A DNA stretch of 64,000 nucleotides from an uncultured Chloroflexia bacterium (GCA_963717255.1 CAVQVT010000014.1:72751-136750), one strand, 5' to 3'. Counted from the first letter of the stretch, positions 1 through 10,244 are shown. Program-made: numbers and translations. Notes: a model not told the origin generated them from the letters alone.

Positions 1-1285
1 CGCCGGACTCCTCGACGAAGGTCCAGCCGGTCCCCAGCTCGGGCGACGCGTCGGCGTCGATGACCGAGTCGGCGAGCCCGCCGGTGGCGCGGACCACGGG
101 AGGCGTCCCGTATCGCATCGCGATCATCTGCGACTGCCCGGACGGCTCGAACCGCGACGGCATGAGGAAGAGGTCCGACCCGGCGTAGATCCGGCGCGCC
201 AGGTCGCGGTCGAACGTCTCGCGGACGGCCACGCGGTCCGGGTGGGCCGCGGCGGCCTCCCGGAGCCGGTCCCCGATCTCGGGATCGCCGGAGCCGAGCA
301 CGACGAGGCGCGTCCCGGCGGCGACCATCGCGTCCGCCGCGTCGGCGACGAGGTCGAAGCCCTTCTGCGGGTCGAGACGGCCGACCGCGCCGGCGATCGG
401 GCCCGGGGCGTCCGGGTCGAACCCGAGCTCCCGTGCCAGCGCGGAGCGGCAGGCGGCCTTGCCGGCCATCGCACCGGGGCCGTAGGCGGCGGCGAGCGCC
501 GCGTCCGTCGCCGGATCCCACTGCGCCGTATCGATCCCATTGAGGATGCCGATGAACCGGTCGCCGCGGTCGCTGAGCGCCCAGTCGAGTCCCTTCCCCA
601 TCTCGGGGGTCCTCGCCTCGCGGGCGAAGGTCGGGCTCACGGTATTCACCATGTCGGCCCGCTGGATCCCCGTCCGGAGGATGTCGAGTCCGTAGGCGTC
701 GCCGAACCCTCCGGGGAGCCCGAGCGTCCACACGTCGGGCGCGTGGGTCCAGCCATGGAAGGCCGGGTTGTGGAGCGAGAGGACGAAGGCGGCGCGCCCG
801 AGCGTGAAGTCGCCCCAGTACCAGGCGTCGCGGTAGAGGACCGCCGGGGCGCCTTGCCAGTCGTGGACGTGCACCACGTCCACGGGCCGCGCCTCCACCC
901 GCATCGTCTCGAGCGCCGACCGGCAGAGCATCCCGAACCGCCAGGCGTTGTCCGGGTGGTCGCCCGCCAGCGTTCCGTAGTAGCCGTCCCGATCGAACGC
1001 GGCCGGCAGATCCACGAGCCGGAGCCGGTAGCCGTCGGCGTCGACGGAGACGATACCGACGTCGGTCGCACCGTCGGAGGAGGCCGGGTCGGGCACCCGC
1101 ACGGCCGTCGTGACCGCATCCGCGGGGACCGCGATCGACCGGTAGCGCGGAAGGAAGACATCGACCGGCGCATCGACGCGGGGCGACCCGTCGGCATCGG
1201 GGTGGCCGAGGGCGCGGGCGAGGGCGTCCACGACGTCGCCCAGGCCACCCGTCTTGGCCCACGGCTCGCATTCGGAGGCGATCAT
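1..1285 (-). CDS. glgA: Glycogen synthase GlgA (GT5); N-terminal ~428 codons, 3' end lies beyond the left window edge
   Basis: Own translation of a minus frame that is absent from the ORF track because it has no stop inside the window: MIASECEPWAKTGGLGDVVDALARALGH ... DADASPELGTGW (nt 58-23). K-T-G-G-L motif. ATG at 1285; GTG alternatives at 1291/1297. Confidence 0.8.
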   Translation of the reverse strand, partial: MIASECEPWAKTGGLGDVVDALARALGHPDADGSPRVDAPVDVFLPRYRSIAVPADAVTTAVRVPDPASSDGATDVGIVSVDADGYRLRLVDLPAAFDRDGYYGTLAGDHPDNAWRFGMLCRSALETMRVEARPVDVVHVHDWQGAPAVLYRDAWYWGDFTLGRAAFVLSLHNPAFHGWTHAPDVWTLGLPGGFGDAYGLDILRTGIQRADMVNTVSPTFAREARTPEMGKGLDWALSDRGDRFIGILNGIDTAQWDPATDAALAAAYGPGAMAGKAACRSALARELGFDPDAPGPIAGAVGRLDPQKGFDLVADAADAMVAAGTRLVVLGSGDPEIGDRLREAAAAHPDRVAVRETFDRDLARRIYAGSDLFLMPSRFEPSGQSQMIAMRYGTPPVVRATGGLADSVIDADASPELGTGWTFVEESG

Positions 1286-1448
1286 CGTCACGCGCACGGT
1301 GCCATGGTACCCGCGGCCGGCCGGGTCGGGCCGCGGCCGGGGGCGGCCAGGCGGGCCGCGGTCGGGACAGGCCCGCCCCACCACCCGCGACGGCACCCTA
1401 CTAAACCGGTTCACGCGGCGCGGGTCGCGGCGCTATCATCCGCCCGAT

Positions 1449-3656
1449 ATGGAGCCTCTCGTCACCGTCGCCACGCTCCCCGGGCCGCCGATCCGGATCC
1501 CACCGCAGCTCGACGGGCTGCGCAGGATCGCCTACAACCTCTGGTGGGCCTGGCACCCCGACGCCCGCCGTCTCTTCGCGCGCATCGACCCGCACGCATG
1601 GACGCGGCACCACAGCCCTGTCGGCGCGCTCCTCTCGAGCGTGGACTGGGCGTCGCTGCTCGAGGACCCGCGATTCATGGCGGAGTCCGAGGACCTCATG
1701 CGCCGATTCGACGCCTACATCGCGGCCGGCTCGGACCACTGGTTCGCGCGCAAGCACGGGCACGAGCTTCCGGGGCCGATCGCGTACTTCTGCGCGGAGT
1801 ACGGCGTCCACGAGTCACTGGGCATCTACTCGGGCGGCCTCGGGGTCCTCGCCGGCGACCAGACGAAGACGGCGAGCGACATGGCGATCCCGTTCGTCGG
1901 CGTGGGGCTCCTCTACCGGAACGGCTACTTCCGGCAGACGATCGACGCGGACGGGCACCAGGAGCACGCGTACCCGGACTACGACCCGGCCGCGTGGCCG
2001 ATCCTCCGGGTCGCCGACGCGAGCGGCGACCCCCTGACCGTCCCGGTGGAGCTCCCGGGTCGGACGATCACCGTCGCCGTGTGGCGGGCCCAGGTCGGGC
2101 GCACGCCGGTGCTCCTGTTGGACACGGACGTGCCGGAGAACGACGAGGCGGACCGGCCGATCACGCACATCCTCTATGTCCGCGGCCGCGAGATGCGCCT
2201 GCATCAGGAGCTCGTCCTGGGGGTCGGCGGCGTCCGCGCGATCCGTGCGCTCGGGATCACGCCGGCGGTCTGGCACCTCAACGAGGGCCACTCGGCGTTC
2301 CTCCTCGCGGAGCGAGCGCGCGAGCTCGTGGCGGCCGGGGCGACGGTGGACGATGCCTTCGGGACCGTCCGGCGCGACAGCGTCTTCACGATCCACACGC
2401 CGGTCTCGGCGGGCAACGAGCGTTTCGACGCGGACCTGGTGCGCCGGGTCGCCGGGCCGCTCTTCGACGGGGACGGCCGCCCACGGACCGGCGGCGTGCC
2501 GGTGGAGGGGATCCTCGAGCGCGGCCAGGGCGCGGACGGCGACCCGAGCCAGTTCGACATGACGGCGTTCTCGCTCCGCCTGACCAACGGTGCGAACGCG
2601 GTCAGCCGCCTGCACGCGCGGACTGCGAACGCCACGTGGAGCCCCATCCTCGCGGAGCCGATCCTCGCGGTCACCAACGGCGTCCACGCCCCGTCGTGGG
2701 TCGGCGTCCCCATGGCCCAGCTCTACGCGCGCTACCTCGCCGCCGACCTGGACGACCTCGACGGGCGGACCAACGGGACGCGTTTCTGGGACAAGGTCGG
2801 GAAGCTCCCCGACAGGGAGCTCTGGGAGGCGCACCTCCGCCAGAAGCGCGACCTGATGCACTTCGCGCGCGGCCGGCTCGTCCGGCAGTTCGCGCGGCAC
2901 GGCGAGGCCCCTTCCGTCCTCGCCGCGCTGGAGAACGAGCTCGATCCCGAGGTCCTCACGATCGGCTTCGCGCGGCGGTTCGCCACCTACAAGCGCGCCA
3001 GCCTGATCTTCCGCGACATGGACCGGCTCGGCGTGCTCCTCGACGACCCCGACCGTCCCGTCCAGTTCATCTTCGCCGGCAAGGCGCACCCGGCCGACCG
3101 GCCGGGCCAGCAGGTCATCCAGGAGATCTTCGGCCGGTCCCGCGGCGACCAGCTGCGGGGTCGGGTCTTCATCCTGGAGGACTACGACATGCGGATCGCC
3201 CGGTACCTCGTGCAGGGCGTGGACGTCTGGATGAACACGCCGCGACGCCCGCTCGAGGCATCCGGGACCTCGGGGATGAAGGCGGCCCAGAACGGCATCC
3301 TGAACCTCTCAGTGCTCGACGGATGGTGGGACGAGGGCTGGAACGGCGACAACGGCTGGGCGATCGGCGGCCGGGAGACCGACCCGGACGAGGGTGCGCA
3401 GGACCACGCGGACTCGATGGACCTCTACCGGCTCCTCGAGACGGAGGTCGTCCCGCGCTACTACGAGCGCGACGCGAACGGCATCCCGCGCGCGTGGCTC
3501 CAGCTCGTCCGGTCCGCGATCGCCAGCACGATCTGGCGCTTCTCCACGACCCGGATGCTCCACGAGTACGTCGAGCAGCTGTACCTCCCCGCCGCGGGCG
3601 TCCCGGTCCCCGGGGCCGGCGACGCGGCGCCCCACCTCGTGACCGAGGCGGGCTGA
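1449..3656 (+). CDS. glgP: Alpha-glucan (glycogen/maltodextrin) phosphorylase, GT35 alpha-glucan family
   Basis: ORF 1254..3656. Conserved sequence begins at MEPLVTVATLPGPP (ATG 1449). LAGDQTKTASDMAIPFVGVGLLYRNGYFRQ and EASGTSGMKAAQNG motifs; uniform high GC3. Confidence 0.85.
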   Translation: MEPLVTVATLPGPPIRIPPQLDGLRRIAYNLWWAWHPDARRLFARIDPHAWTRHHSPVGALLSSVDWASLLEDPRFMAESEDLMRRFDAYIAAGSDHWFARKHGHELPGPIAYFCAEYGVHESLGIYSGGLGVLAGDQTKTASDMAIPFVGVGLLYRNGYFRQTIDADGHQEHAYPDYDPAAWPILRVADASGDPLTVPVELPGRTITVAVWRAQVGRTPVLLLDTDVPENDEADRPITHILYVRGREMRLHQELVLGVGGVRAIRALGITPAVWHLNEGHSAFLLAERARELVAAGATVDDAFGTVRRDSVFTIHTPVSAGNERFDADLVRRVAGPLFDGDGRPRTGGVPVEGILERGQGADGDPSQFDMTAFSLRLTNGANAVSRLHARTANATWSPILAEPILAVTNGVHAPSWVGVPMAQLYARYLAADLDDLDGRTNGTRFWDKVGKLPDRELWEAHLRQKRDLMHFARGRLVRQFARHGEAPSVLAALENELDPEVLTIGFARRFATYKRASLIFRDMDRLGVLLDDPDRPVQFIFAGKAHPADRPGQQVIQEIFGRSRGDQLRGRVFILEDYDMRIARYLVQGVDVWMNTPRRPLEASGTSGMKAAQNGILNLSVLDGWWDEGWNGDNGWAIGGRETDPDEGAQDHADSMDLYRLLETEVVPRYYERDANGIPRAWLQLVRSAIASTIWRFSTTRMLHEYVEQLYLPAAGVPVPGAGDAAPHLVTEAG

Positions 3657-3669
3657 CCCGGACCCACGT

Positions 3670-5931
3670 GTGCCGGCTGCACCGGCCCGACCCACCAACA
3701 CGACACGATCATCGGAAGGACCTGCCACGGTGGCGCCTCGGATCTCCCTCGCACTCGCGCTCCACAACCACCAGCCGGTCGGCAACTTCGGCTGGGTCTT
3801 CGCCGAGGTCTACGAGACCGCCTACCTGCCGATGCTCGAGGCCGTCGAGCGGCATCCCGGCGTCCGTCTCGGCCTGCACTACACGGGACCGCTCCTCGAG
3901 TGGCTCTCGGCCGAGCGCCCCGACTTCATCGAGCGCCTGCGCGCGCTGGTCCGGCGCGGCCAGGTGGAGCTCCTCGGTGGCGGCATGTTCGAGCCCGTCC
4001 TCGCCTCGCTCCCCGAGCGCGACCGCGTCGCGCAGCTCGTCCGCATGGCCGACGAGGTCGAAGCCCTGACAGGTTCGCGGCCGACCGGAGCGTGGCTCGC
4101 GGAGCGCGTCTGGGAGCCGGACCTCCCGACGGCGCTCGTCCGGGCCGGCTACCGCTACACGATCGTCGACGACAACCACTTCCGGGCTGCCGCCATCCGG
4201 GAGGATGCGCTCTGGGGCGCCTACACGACCGAGGACCAGGGGGCGATCCTGCGCGTCTTCGGGACCGAGCAGGGCCTCCGGTACCGGATCCCCTTCGGCG
4301 ACGTGGACGACGTCATCGAGTACCTGCGCGCGCACGCGACCGAGGAGGGCGACCGGGTCGGCGTGATGGGCGACGACGGGGAGAAGTTCGGGTCCTGGCC
4401 CACCACGTGGGAGCACTGCTGGGGCTCGGACCGCTGGGTGGACCGGTTCTTCACGGCGCTCGAGGCGAACGCGGACTGGCTCACGACGGTCACTCCGGGC
4501 GGCTGGCTGGCGGAGCGCGCGCCGATCGGACGCGTCTACCTCCCCACCGCGTCCTACGCCGAGATGGGCGAGTGGGTCCTGCCGGCCGACGAATCGCTCG
4601 TCTTCGCCGGCCTCCTCCACCGGGCCCGCGCCGAGCACCTTCCGGAGGCCCGGTACCTGCGCGGCGGCTTCTGGCGGAACTTCCAGGTGAAGTACCGCGA
4701 GATCAACGACCTGCACAAGCGGATGCTCGGGGTCTCGGAGAAGGTGGCCGCGATGCCCGAGGGACCGGCGCGGGACGCGGCACTCGACCACCTCATGCGC
4801 GGGCAGTCGAACGACTGCTACTGGCACGGGCTCTTCGGCGGGATCTACATCAGCCACATGCGGCTGGCGACCCACGAGCACCTGATCCTGGCGGAGGACA
4901 TCGCGGACCGCGCGGCGCGCGCGTCCGGCGCGCGCGTGGACGGCGCCCGCGCGGTGGACGCGGACATGGACGGCATCGACGAGGTCCTCCTCGCGACGCC
5001 CGGGCAGGTCGTGATCGTGAAGCCGAACGAGGGCGGCGGCATCGGCACCTGGGACGTCCGGGCGGTCGGGCACGCGCTGGCGGCCGTGATGCGACGCCGG
5101 CCGGAGGCATACCACGCGACGCTCGTGGAGCACGAGCGGCGCCTGGCCGAGGAGGACGCGCGCGCGGGCGGCGCAGAGGACGCGGGGGGCGCAGAGGACG
5201 CGGGCGGCGTCGGCTCCATCCACGATCGCGTCTCGACGAAGGAGCCCGGGCTCGCCGAGCGGCTCCGGTACGACGCGTACGAGCGACGGAGCGGCCTGGT
5301 CCACGTGATCCCGCCGGACACGTCGGCGGTCGACTTCCTCGGCGCCGCGTTCGACGAGCTCGGCGACCTCGTGGACGTCGCGTACACCGTCACGGAGATG
5401 ACGGACGACCAGGTGACGCTGGTGCGCGAGGGATCGGTCCGCGTCGGGGATGCGCGGGTCCCGGTGCGCGCGACGAAGACGATCGCCGTCGGCGGCGACC
5501 GTGGCGCACCGACGCTCGACGAGACCGTCACGCTCGAGAACGGCGGGGCTGCCACGATCGAGGCGACGCTCGCCATCGAGTGGGCGGTCACGATGCTCGG
5601 CGGCGGCGGGAACCCCGCCGCCTGGTACGCAGTGGACGGCATGCGGACGGCGCACGACGCATCGGGCTCGGCCGACGGGATCGACCTGATCCGGTCGGGG
5701 AACACCTACGTGGGGATCGAGGTCGCGACGCGGCCGGAGCCACCGGCAGCCGCCTTCTGGGGCCCGATCGACACCGTCTCCAACTCCGAGGGCGGCTTCG
5801 AGCGCGTCTACCAGGGCAGCGCGCTCGTGCTCACATGGCCGCTCCACCTGGCGCCCGGCGGATCGCGCACGGTCCGCGTCCGCCACGCGATCGCCACGTC
5901 TCGCGACCGCGCCGTCGAGGAGGGGCTCTGA
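3670..5931 (+). CDS. Glycoside hydrolase family 57 protein (4-alpha-glucanotransferase / alpha-amylase-like)
   Basis: ORF 3670..5931, 753 aa. N-terminal GH57 signature ISLALALHNHQPVGNFGWVFAEVYETAYLPML. Directly follows glgP. Confidence 0.8.
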   Translation: MPAAPARPTNTTRSSEGPATVAPRISLALALHNHQPVGNFGWVFAEVYETAYLPMLEAVERHPGVRLGLHYTGPLLEWLSAERPDFIERLRALVRRGQVELLGGGMFEPVLASLPERDRVAQLVRMADEVEALTGSRPTGAWLAERVWEPDLPTALVRAGYRYTIVDDNHFRAAAIREDALWGAYTTEDQGAILRVFGTEQGLRYRIPFGDVDDVIEYLRAHATEEGDRVGVMGDDGEKFGSWPTTWEHCWGSDRWVDRFFTALEANADWLTTVTPGGWLAERAPIGRVYLPTASYAEMGEWVLPADESLVFAGLLHRARAEHLPEARYLRGGFWRNFQVKYREINDLHKRMLGVSEKVAAMPEGPARDAALDHLMRGQSNDCYWHGLFGGIYISHMRLATHEHLILAEDIADRAARASGARVDGARAVDADMDGIDEVLLATPGQVVIVKPNEGGGIGTWDVRAVGHALAAVMRRRPEAYHATLVEHERRLAEEDARAGGAEDAGGAEDAGGVGSIHDRVSTKEPGLAERLRYDAYERRSGLVHVIPPDTSAVDFLGAAFDELGDLVDVAYTVTEMTDDQVTLVREGSVRVGDARVPVRATKTIAVGGDRGAPTLDETVTLENGGAATIEATLAIEWAVTMLGGGGNPAAWYAVDGMRTAHDASGSADGIDLIRSGNTYVGIEVATRPEPPAAAFWGPIDTVSNSEGGFERVYQGSALVLTWPLHLAPGGSRTVRVRHAIATSRDRAVEEGL

Positions 5932-5938
5932 TCCTCCC

Positions 5939-7345
5939 GTGAGCCGCGGCCGCCTCGTCGTCCACGGTCACTTCTACCAGCCGGAACGGCGCGACCCGTT
6001 CTCCGGCCGGCTCGCGCCTGCCCGCGCCGCGGCGCCGTTCCGCGACTGGAACGAGCGGGTGGACGCGGAATGCTATCGGCCGGTGGCCGAGCGGGGCGAC
6101 TTCGGACGGATCTCGTTCGACCTGGGTCCCACGCTCGCGTCGTGGCTCGAGGAGCACGACCCGGAGACGCTCGCGCGGGTCGCCGCGGACGGCGCCGACG
6201 CGATGGCGCAGCCGTTCCACCACGCGATCCTCCCGCTCGCCTCGCTCCGCGACCGCCGCACCGAGATCCGCTGGGGTCTCCGCGACTTCGCCGCGCGGTT
6301 CGGGCGGCCGGCGCGCGGCCTCTGGCTCCCCGAGGCGGCGATGGACCTCCCGACGCTCCGGATCGCGGCCGCCGAGGGGATCCGCTACACGATCCTCGCG
6401 CCGTGGCAGGCGGCCGACCACGAGATCGACACCCGCCGTCCGTACCGCGTGGACCCGGGCGGCGGACGGACCATGGTCGTCGCGTTCTACGACCGGGCTC
6501 TCTCGGCGGCCGTGAGCTTCCAGGACGAGGCGACGGCCGACGCGGACCGGTTCGCGCGGGACTGGGTCGCGCCGCGCCTCGCGGGACCGCTCCCGCTCGG
6601 GGTCGCGGACCCGCTCGTGCTCCTCGCCACGGACGGCGAGCTGTACGGGCACCACAAGCCGTTCCGCGACCTGTTCCTTCACCGGCTGGTCGCGGACGGC
6701 GCCGCGGTGCCCGACCGCGGCTTCGACATCGCCGCGCTGCACGAGGTCGTCCAGGAGGGACCGCGCGAGCCGTTCCCTCGCACGCGCCTGCGCGAGGGAA
6801 CGTCCTGGTCGTGCCATCACGGGATCCTCCGCTGGCACGCCGAGTGCCCGTGCGTGGTGGATGGGCGCTGGAAGCGGCCGCTGCGCGCGGCCCTCGACCG
6901 GCTCGCCGGCGGGGTGGACGCCGTGAGCCTGAGCCTCCTCCGCGTGGCCGGCACGGACCCCCAGGTGCTCTGGGATGCCCGCGATCGCTACGTGGACGTC
7001 GTCGCCGGACGCGTGGACGCCGAGCGATCCGCGCGCGAGGCGCTCGGCAGGGACCGGTCACGGAAGCGGCGCGACCTGCTCGTCCGGCTCCTCGACGCGC
7101 AGCGCTGGCGGCTCGCGATGTTCGCGAGCGACGGATGGTACTGGGATGACCCGGCGCGCGAGGAGACCCGCCACGTCCTCCGGTGCGCGGCGAAGGCCGT
7201 CCGCGCCATCGACACGGTCGCGGGGACGCGCATCGAGCGCGAGCTGCTCGACGACCTCTCGCTCCTGTCGTCGCCGGCGCGGCGGATCGACGGCGCCGCC
7301 ATCTACCGCGAGGCCCTCGGCGAGGTCGGGCAGCCGCTTCCCTGA
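5939..7345 (+). CDS. GH57-related protein with DUF3536-type C-terminal region
   Basis: ORF 5939..7345, 468 aa, MSRGRLVVHGHFYQPERRDPFSG... The HGHFYQP start is typical of the GH57/DUF3536 family. Starts 8 nt after the previous stop. Confidence 0.7.
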   Translation: MSRGRLVVHGHFYQPERRDPFSGRLAPARAAAPFRDWNERVDAECYRPVAERGDFGRISFDLGPTLASWLEEHDPETLARVAADGADAMAQPFHHAILPLASLRDRRTEIRWGLRDFAARFGRPARGLWLPEAAMDLPTLRIAAAEGIRYTILAPWQAADHEIDTRRPYRVDPGGGRTMVVAFYDRALSAAVSFQDEATADADRFARDWVAPRLAGPLPLGVADPLVLLATDGELYGHHKPFRDLFLHRLVADGAAVPDRGFDIAALHEVVQEGPREPFPRTRLREGTSWSCHHGILRWHAECPCVVDGRWKRPLRAALDRLAGGVDAVSLSLLRVAGTDPQVLWDARDRYVDVVAGRVDAERSAREALGRDRSRKRRDLLVRLLDAQRWRLAMFASDGWYWDDPAREETRHVLRCAAKAVRAIDTVAGTRIERELLDDLSLLSSPARRIDGAAIYREALGEVGQPLP

Positions 7346-7363
7346 CCCCGGTGAGCCGGGGTC
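7344..7363. terminator. Perfect 8-bp GC hairpin between convergent genes (possible bidirectional terminator)
   Basis: GACCCCGG-tgag-CCGGGGTC, overlapping the TGA of the GH57/DUF3536 gene and 23 nt from the stop of the convergent nucleoside hydrolase gene. No clear U-tract. Confidence 0.4.
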
Positions 7364-7385
7364 ACCCGGGGACCGGGCTCGTCGG

Positions 7386-8411
7386 TCACCCGTACGAGCG
7401 GATCGCCTCGCCGAGCAGCGCGACGAAGCGCTCGCGGTCGATGTCGAGCCCCACGTGGGCGTTCGGGGGCCGGCCGGTCACCCGCCGGAGGTCCACGACC
7501 GTCCGGCCGCGCGTGAACCGACCCTGCGTCTCGATCTGGACATCGAGCGGCGCGGTGCGGACCAGGCCCGGCACGACCAGGTGGGCGACCGCCACGGCAT
7601 CGTGGATCGGCGTGCCCGCCCAGCCGTATGTCCGCTCGTGGAACTCCTGGAAGAACGCGAGCAGGCCGCCCACCACCGGTCCGACACGGCTCCCCGCACG
7701 GGCGAGCTCCTCCCGCTCGCGCTCCCAGACGATCGACCGGTGGGTCACGTCCAGGCCGATCATCGTCACCGGGATGCCCGATCCGAAGACGATCTCGGCG
7801 GCCTCCGGATCGACCCAGATGTTGAACTCGGCCGCCGGCGTGATGTTCCCCTCCGTGATCGACCCGCCCATGAGGCAGATGTGGGCGATCCGGTCGCGGA
7901 CGCCGCGGTGCTCCTCGAGGAGCAGGGCGACGTTGGTCAGGGGGCCCGTGGGGACGAGGACGACCGGCTCGCCCGCCCGGTCGATCCAGCGGGCCATCGC
8001 CGCCGGCGCGAACTCCCCGATCGGGGCCGAGATCGGATCCGGGAGCGTCGGGCCCTCGATCCCCGACTCTCCGTGGACGTGCGGCGCCGTGTGCAGCGGC
8101 CCCTCGAGCGGGTGGGCGGCACCCGCGGCGACCTCCACGTCCGGCCGTCCCGCGAGCGCGAGGACGCGCAGCGCCGTCTCGGTCGTCCGCTCCAGCACGG
8201 CGTTGCCGCCGACGGTCGAGATGCCGAGGACGCGCAGGTCCGGCCGCGACAGGGCGAGGAGGATGGCGACCGCGTCGTCGTGCCCGGGATCGCAGTCGAT
8301 CACGATGGGGAGCGGGGTCTCCGGCGTGCCGCGGGGAGGTTGCGGCAGCGCGTCGGCGCCGGGGGCGTCGGCGAGGACGATGCCGGGCCCGGGTGCTGCG
8401 GTGCCACTCAT
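7386..8411 (-). CDS. Nucleoside hydrolase (IUNH family, ribonucleoside hydrolase-like)
   Basis: C-terminal 341 codons of ORF 7386..9377, starting at MSGTAAPG (ATG 8411). PIVIDCDPGHDDAVAILLAL (DxDxxxDD) motif. The upstream part of the track ORF is Arg-rich junk overlapping the DUF885 gene. Confidence 0.85.
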   Translation of the reverse strand: MSGTAAPGPGIVLADAPGADALPQPPRGTPETPLPIVIDCDPGHDDAVAILLALSRPDLRVLGISTVGGNAVLERTTETALRVLALAGRPDVEVAAGAAHPLEGPLHTAPHVHGESGIEGPTLPDPISAPIGEFAPAAMARWIDRAGEPVVLVPTGPLTNVALLLEEHRGVRDRIAHICLMGGSITEGNITPAAEFNIWVDPEAAEIVFGSGIPVTMIGLDVTHRSIVWEREREELARAGSRVGPVVGGLLAFFQEFHERTYGWAGTPIHDAVAVAHLVVPGLVRTAPLDVQIETQGRFTRGRTVVDLRRVTGRPPNAHVGLDIDRERFVALLGEAIRSYG

Positions 8412-10192
8412 CACGCCTCTCCGAGGACGAGCCGCCGGAGGAGCGGGATCGGCGGGGTCCCGTGGCGCAGGACCTCCTCCAGGTGCTCGCGGTAGACGAA
8501 CCCCGGGGTGTCGCCGAGGTCGCCGACGACCCGGGGCGCCGGGACGGCCTCGGCGCCGCGCGGGTCGCCCGATGCGGCGGCGCGACGCCGCCGGACCTCC
8601 TGCTCGAGGTCCCACATCTCGGCGCTCCCCACGAAATAGGTGGAGAGCTGCGTGGACGACAGGCGGGCGCGATCCCACTTCCGGATCGCCTCCGACTCCT
8701 CCTGGAAGGCGCCGTCCACCATGAGGCGCATCGCCTCGTCGCGACTCATCCCGTCGGCGTGGACCCCGAGGTCCAGGAGCGTGTTCGCGACGGCTCGCAG
8801 GTAGTACTTCCAGTGGCTCAGGAGGAGCGCCGGATCGCCGGCGCCGTAGCCGGCGTCGACCATCACCTGGGTGATGTAGACCGCCCAGCCCTCGGCGAAG
8901 ACGCCGCTCGCAAGGACGGCGCGCGGCAGCGACGGGCAGCGGATCGCGGCCATGAGCTGCAGGTAGTGGCCCGGGACGGCTTCGTGGACCGTGATGAGCC
9001 GGAGCATCCGCTCGTTGTGCTCGCGCAGGTACGACTCGACCTGCTCCGGCGTCCAGTCGTCCGGGACCGGCGTGATGTAGTAGAAGCTGCGCTGGCCGAC
9101 GTCCAGCGGCCCCGGCGCGTCGAACATCGCGCCGGCGAGCGAGCGCAGGAAGCGGGGCGTCCACTCGATCGCGAGCGGGTCGACGGGCAGGCCCACGAGG
9201 TCGTGCGCGCGCACGAACTCCTCGATCGACGCGAGCTCCGTCCGGCAGAAGCCGAGGATCGCCTCGCCGGACGGGTGCGCCGCGCCGACCGCGTCGAGGA
9301 CGGTCCGGACCGTCTCGGCGTCGGCGCCCGGGGCCGCCGCGTCGGGAAGCGGCCGGTCCGGCACCCAGGCGGGCCACGCCTCCCGCGCGAGCCTGATCAT
9401 CTCGGACCGGACAGCGGCGAACTCGCCGGTCGCCCGCTCGCGGATCGCCTCCGCCGCGATCCCGCTGCGGAAGGTGTGCCGGAGCTTCCGGGCGTAGAGA
9501 TCGGCACCCAGCCTGCCCTCCCCGTCCGACGCCGGGAGGACCGCGTCTTCCAGGTGCGCGCGGAATCGCTCGAGCCGCGCCCGTGCCCGCGCGGCCGCGA
9601 CGCCCAGGCGCGGGCGGACGGCGGCGACCGCGGGGTCGTCCGCCGCGTCATCGGCCGCGCGCCCCGCCTCGTCCACGAGGTCGGCGATGCCCGGCAGCTG
9701 GCGGAGGGCGACCTCGGCGTGGAACCGCGAGACGGGCCGCTCGGGCGTCCCGGTCAGCGAGGCCTCGGCGGCGTCCAGGAGGGTATCGAGCCCCTCGAAT
9801 CGGCCGGCGAGCGACGCGAGACGGTCGGCGAACGGAGCGAAGTCGCGGGCGAGCAGCGGGAAGATGCCGGCGCCCATGAGGTAGACCCATGCCAGCGGGT
9901 CCCAGCGGTCCTCGCGGAGATCGGTCTCCTCGAAGCGGCGGGCGGCGATCTCGTCGAGGACGAGGTCGCGGTCCACGCGGCCGTCGGGGTCCAGCGCGGT
10001 CGGCGGGACGGCATGGAGGGTCTCCTCCCACCGATCGAGGAAGGCGACCCGCTCGGCACGGCCGGCCTCGGTCATGTCCGGCCAGCGGCCGTCGTGGGCG
10101 TGCAGGCCGGCGGCGGTCGCCCCAACGGGGTCGAGCTCGAGCAGCTCGTGGACGAAGGCGTCGAGGACCGGGGCGATGTCGGTGGTGGTCAC
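8411..10192 (-). CDS. DUF885 family protein (metallopeptidase-like HExxxH-type motif)
   Basis: ORF 8411..10192, 593 aa. ITVHEAVPGHYLQ motif typical of DUF885. Its TGA (8413-8411) overlaps the ATG (8411-8409) of the downstream hydrolase gene. Confidence 0.75.
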   Translation of the reverse strand: MTTTDIAPVLDAFVHELLELDPVGATAAGLHAHDGRWPDMTEAGRAERVAFLDRWEETLHAVPPTALDPDGRVDRDLVLDEIAARRFEETDLREDRWDPLAWVYLMGAGIFPLLARDFAPFADRLASLAGRFEGLDTLLDAAEASLTGTPERPVSRFHAEVALRQLPGIADLVDEAGRAADDAADDPAVAAVRPRLGVAAARARARLERFRAHLEDAVLPASDGEGRLGADLYARKLRHTFRSGIAAEAIRERATGEFAAVRSEMIRLAREAWPAWVPDRPLPDAAAPGADAETVRTVLDAVGAAHPSGEAILGFCRTELASIEEFVRAHDLVGLPVDPLAIEWTPRFLRSLAGAMFDAPGPLDVGQRSFYYITPVPDDWTPEQVESYLREHNERMLRLITVHEAVPGHYLQLMAAIRCPSLPRAVLASGVFAEGWAVYITQVMVDAGYGAGDPALLLSHWKYYLRAVANTLLDLGVHADGMSRDEAMRLMVDGAFQEESEAIRKWDRARLSSTQLSTYFVGSAEMWDLEQEVRRRRAAASGDPRGAEAVPAPRVVGDLGDTPGFVYREHLEEVLRHGTPPIPLLRRLVLGEA

Positions 10193-10244
10193 GTTCCGAG
10201 TGTAGTCCCGCCGGACGGGCGCACGAACGTGCTGCCGGGTGGCA

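Noticed and set aside
242-4069. Very long ORFs in the track, for example 242..4069 (1275 aa), 3709..5886 minus, 5808..7061 minus, 16229..18829, 20010..22013, 48053..50635, 50338..52368 and 53135..55792.
   Set aside because: Their translations are Arg/Pro/Gly/Ala-rich low-complexity sequence. They lie off-frame or antisense to genes with clear family motifs. They lack the G/C-at-third-position periodicity. Stops are simply rare in such GC-rich DNA.
7386-9377. The 663-aa ORF read as a single nucleoside hydrolase gene.
   Set aside because: Only the last 341 codons (from ATG 8411) are hydrolase-like. The upstream part is Arg-rich and overlaps the well-supported DUF885 gene in another frame.
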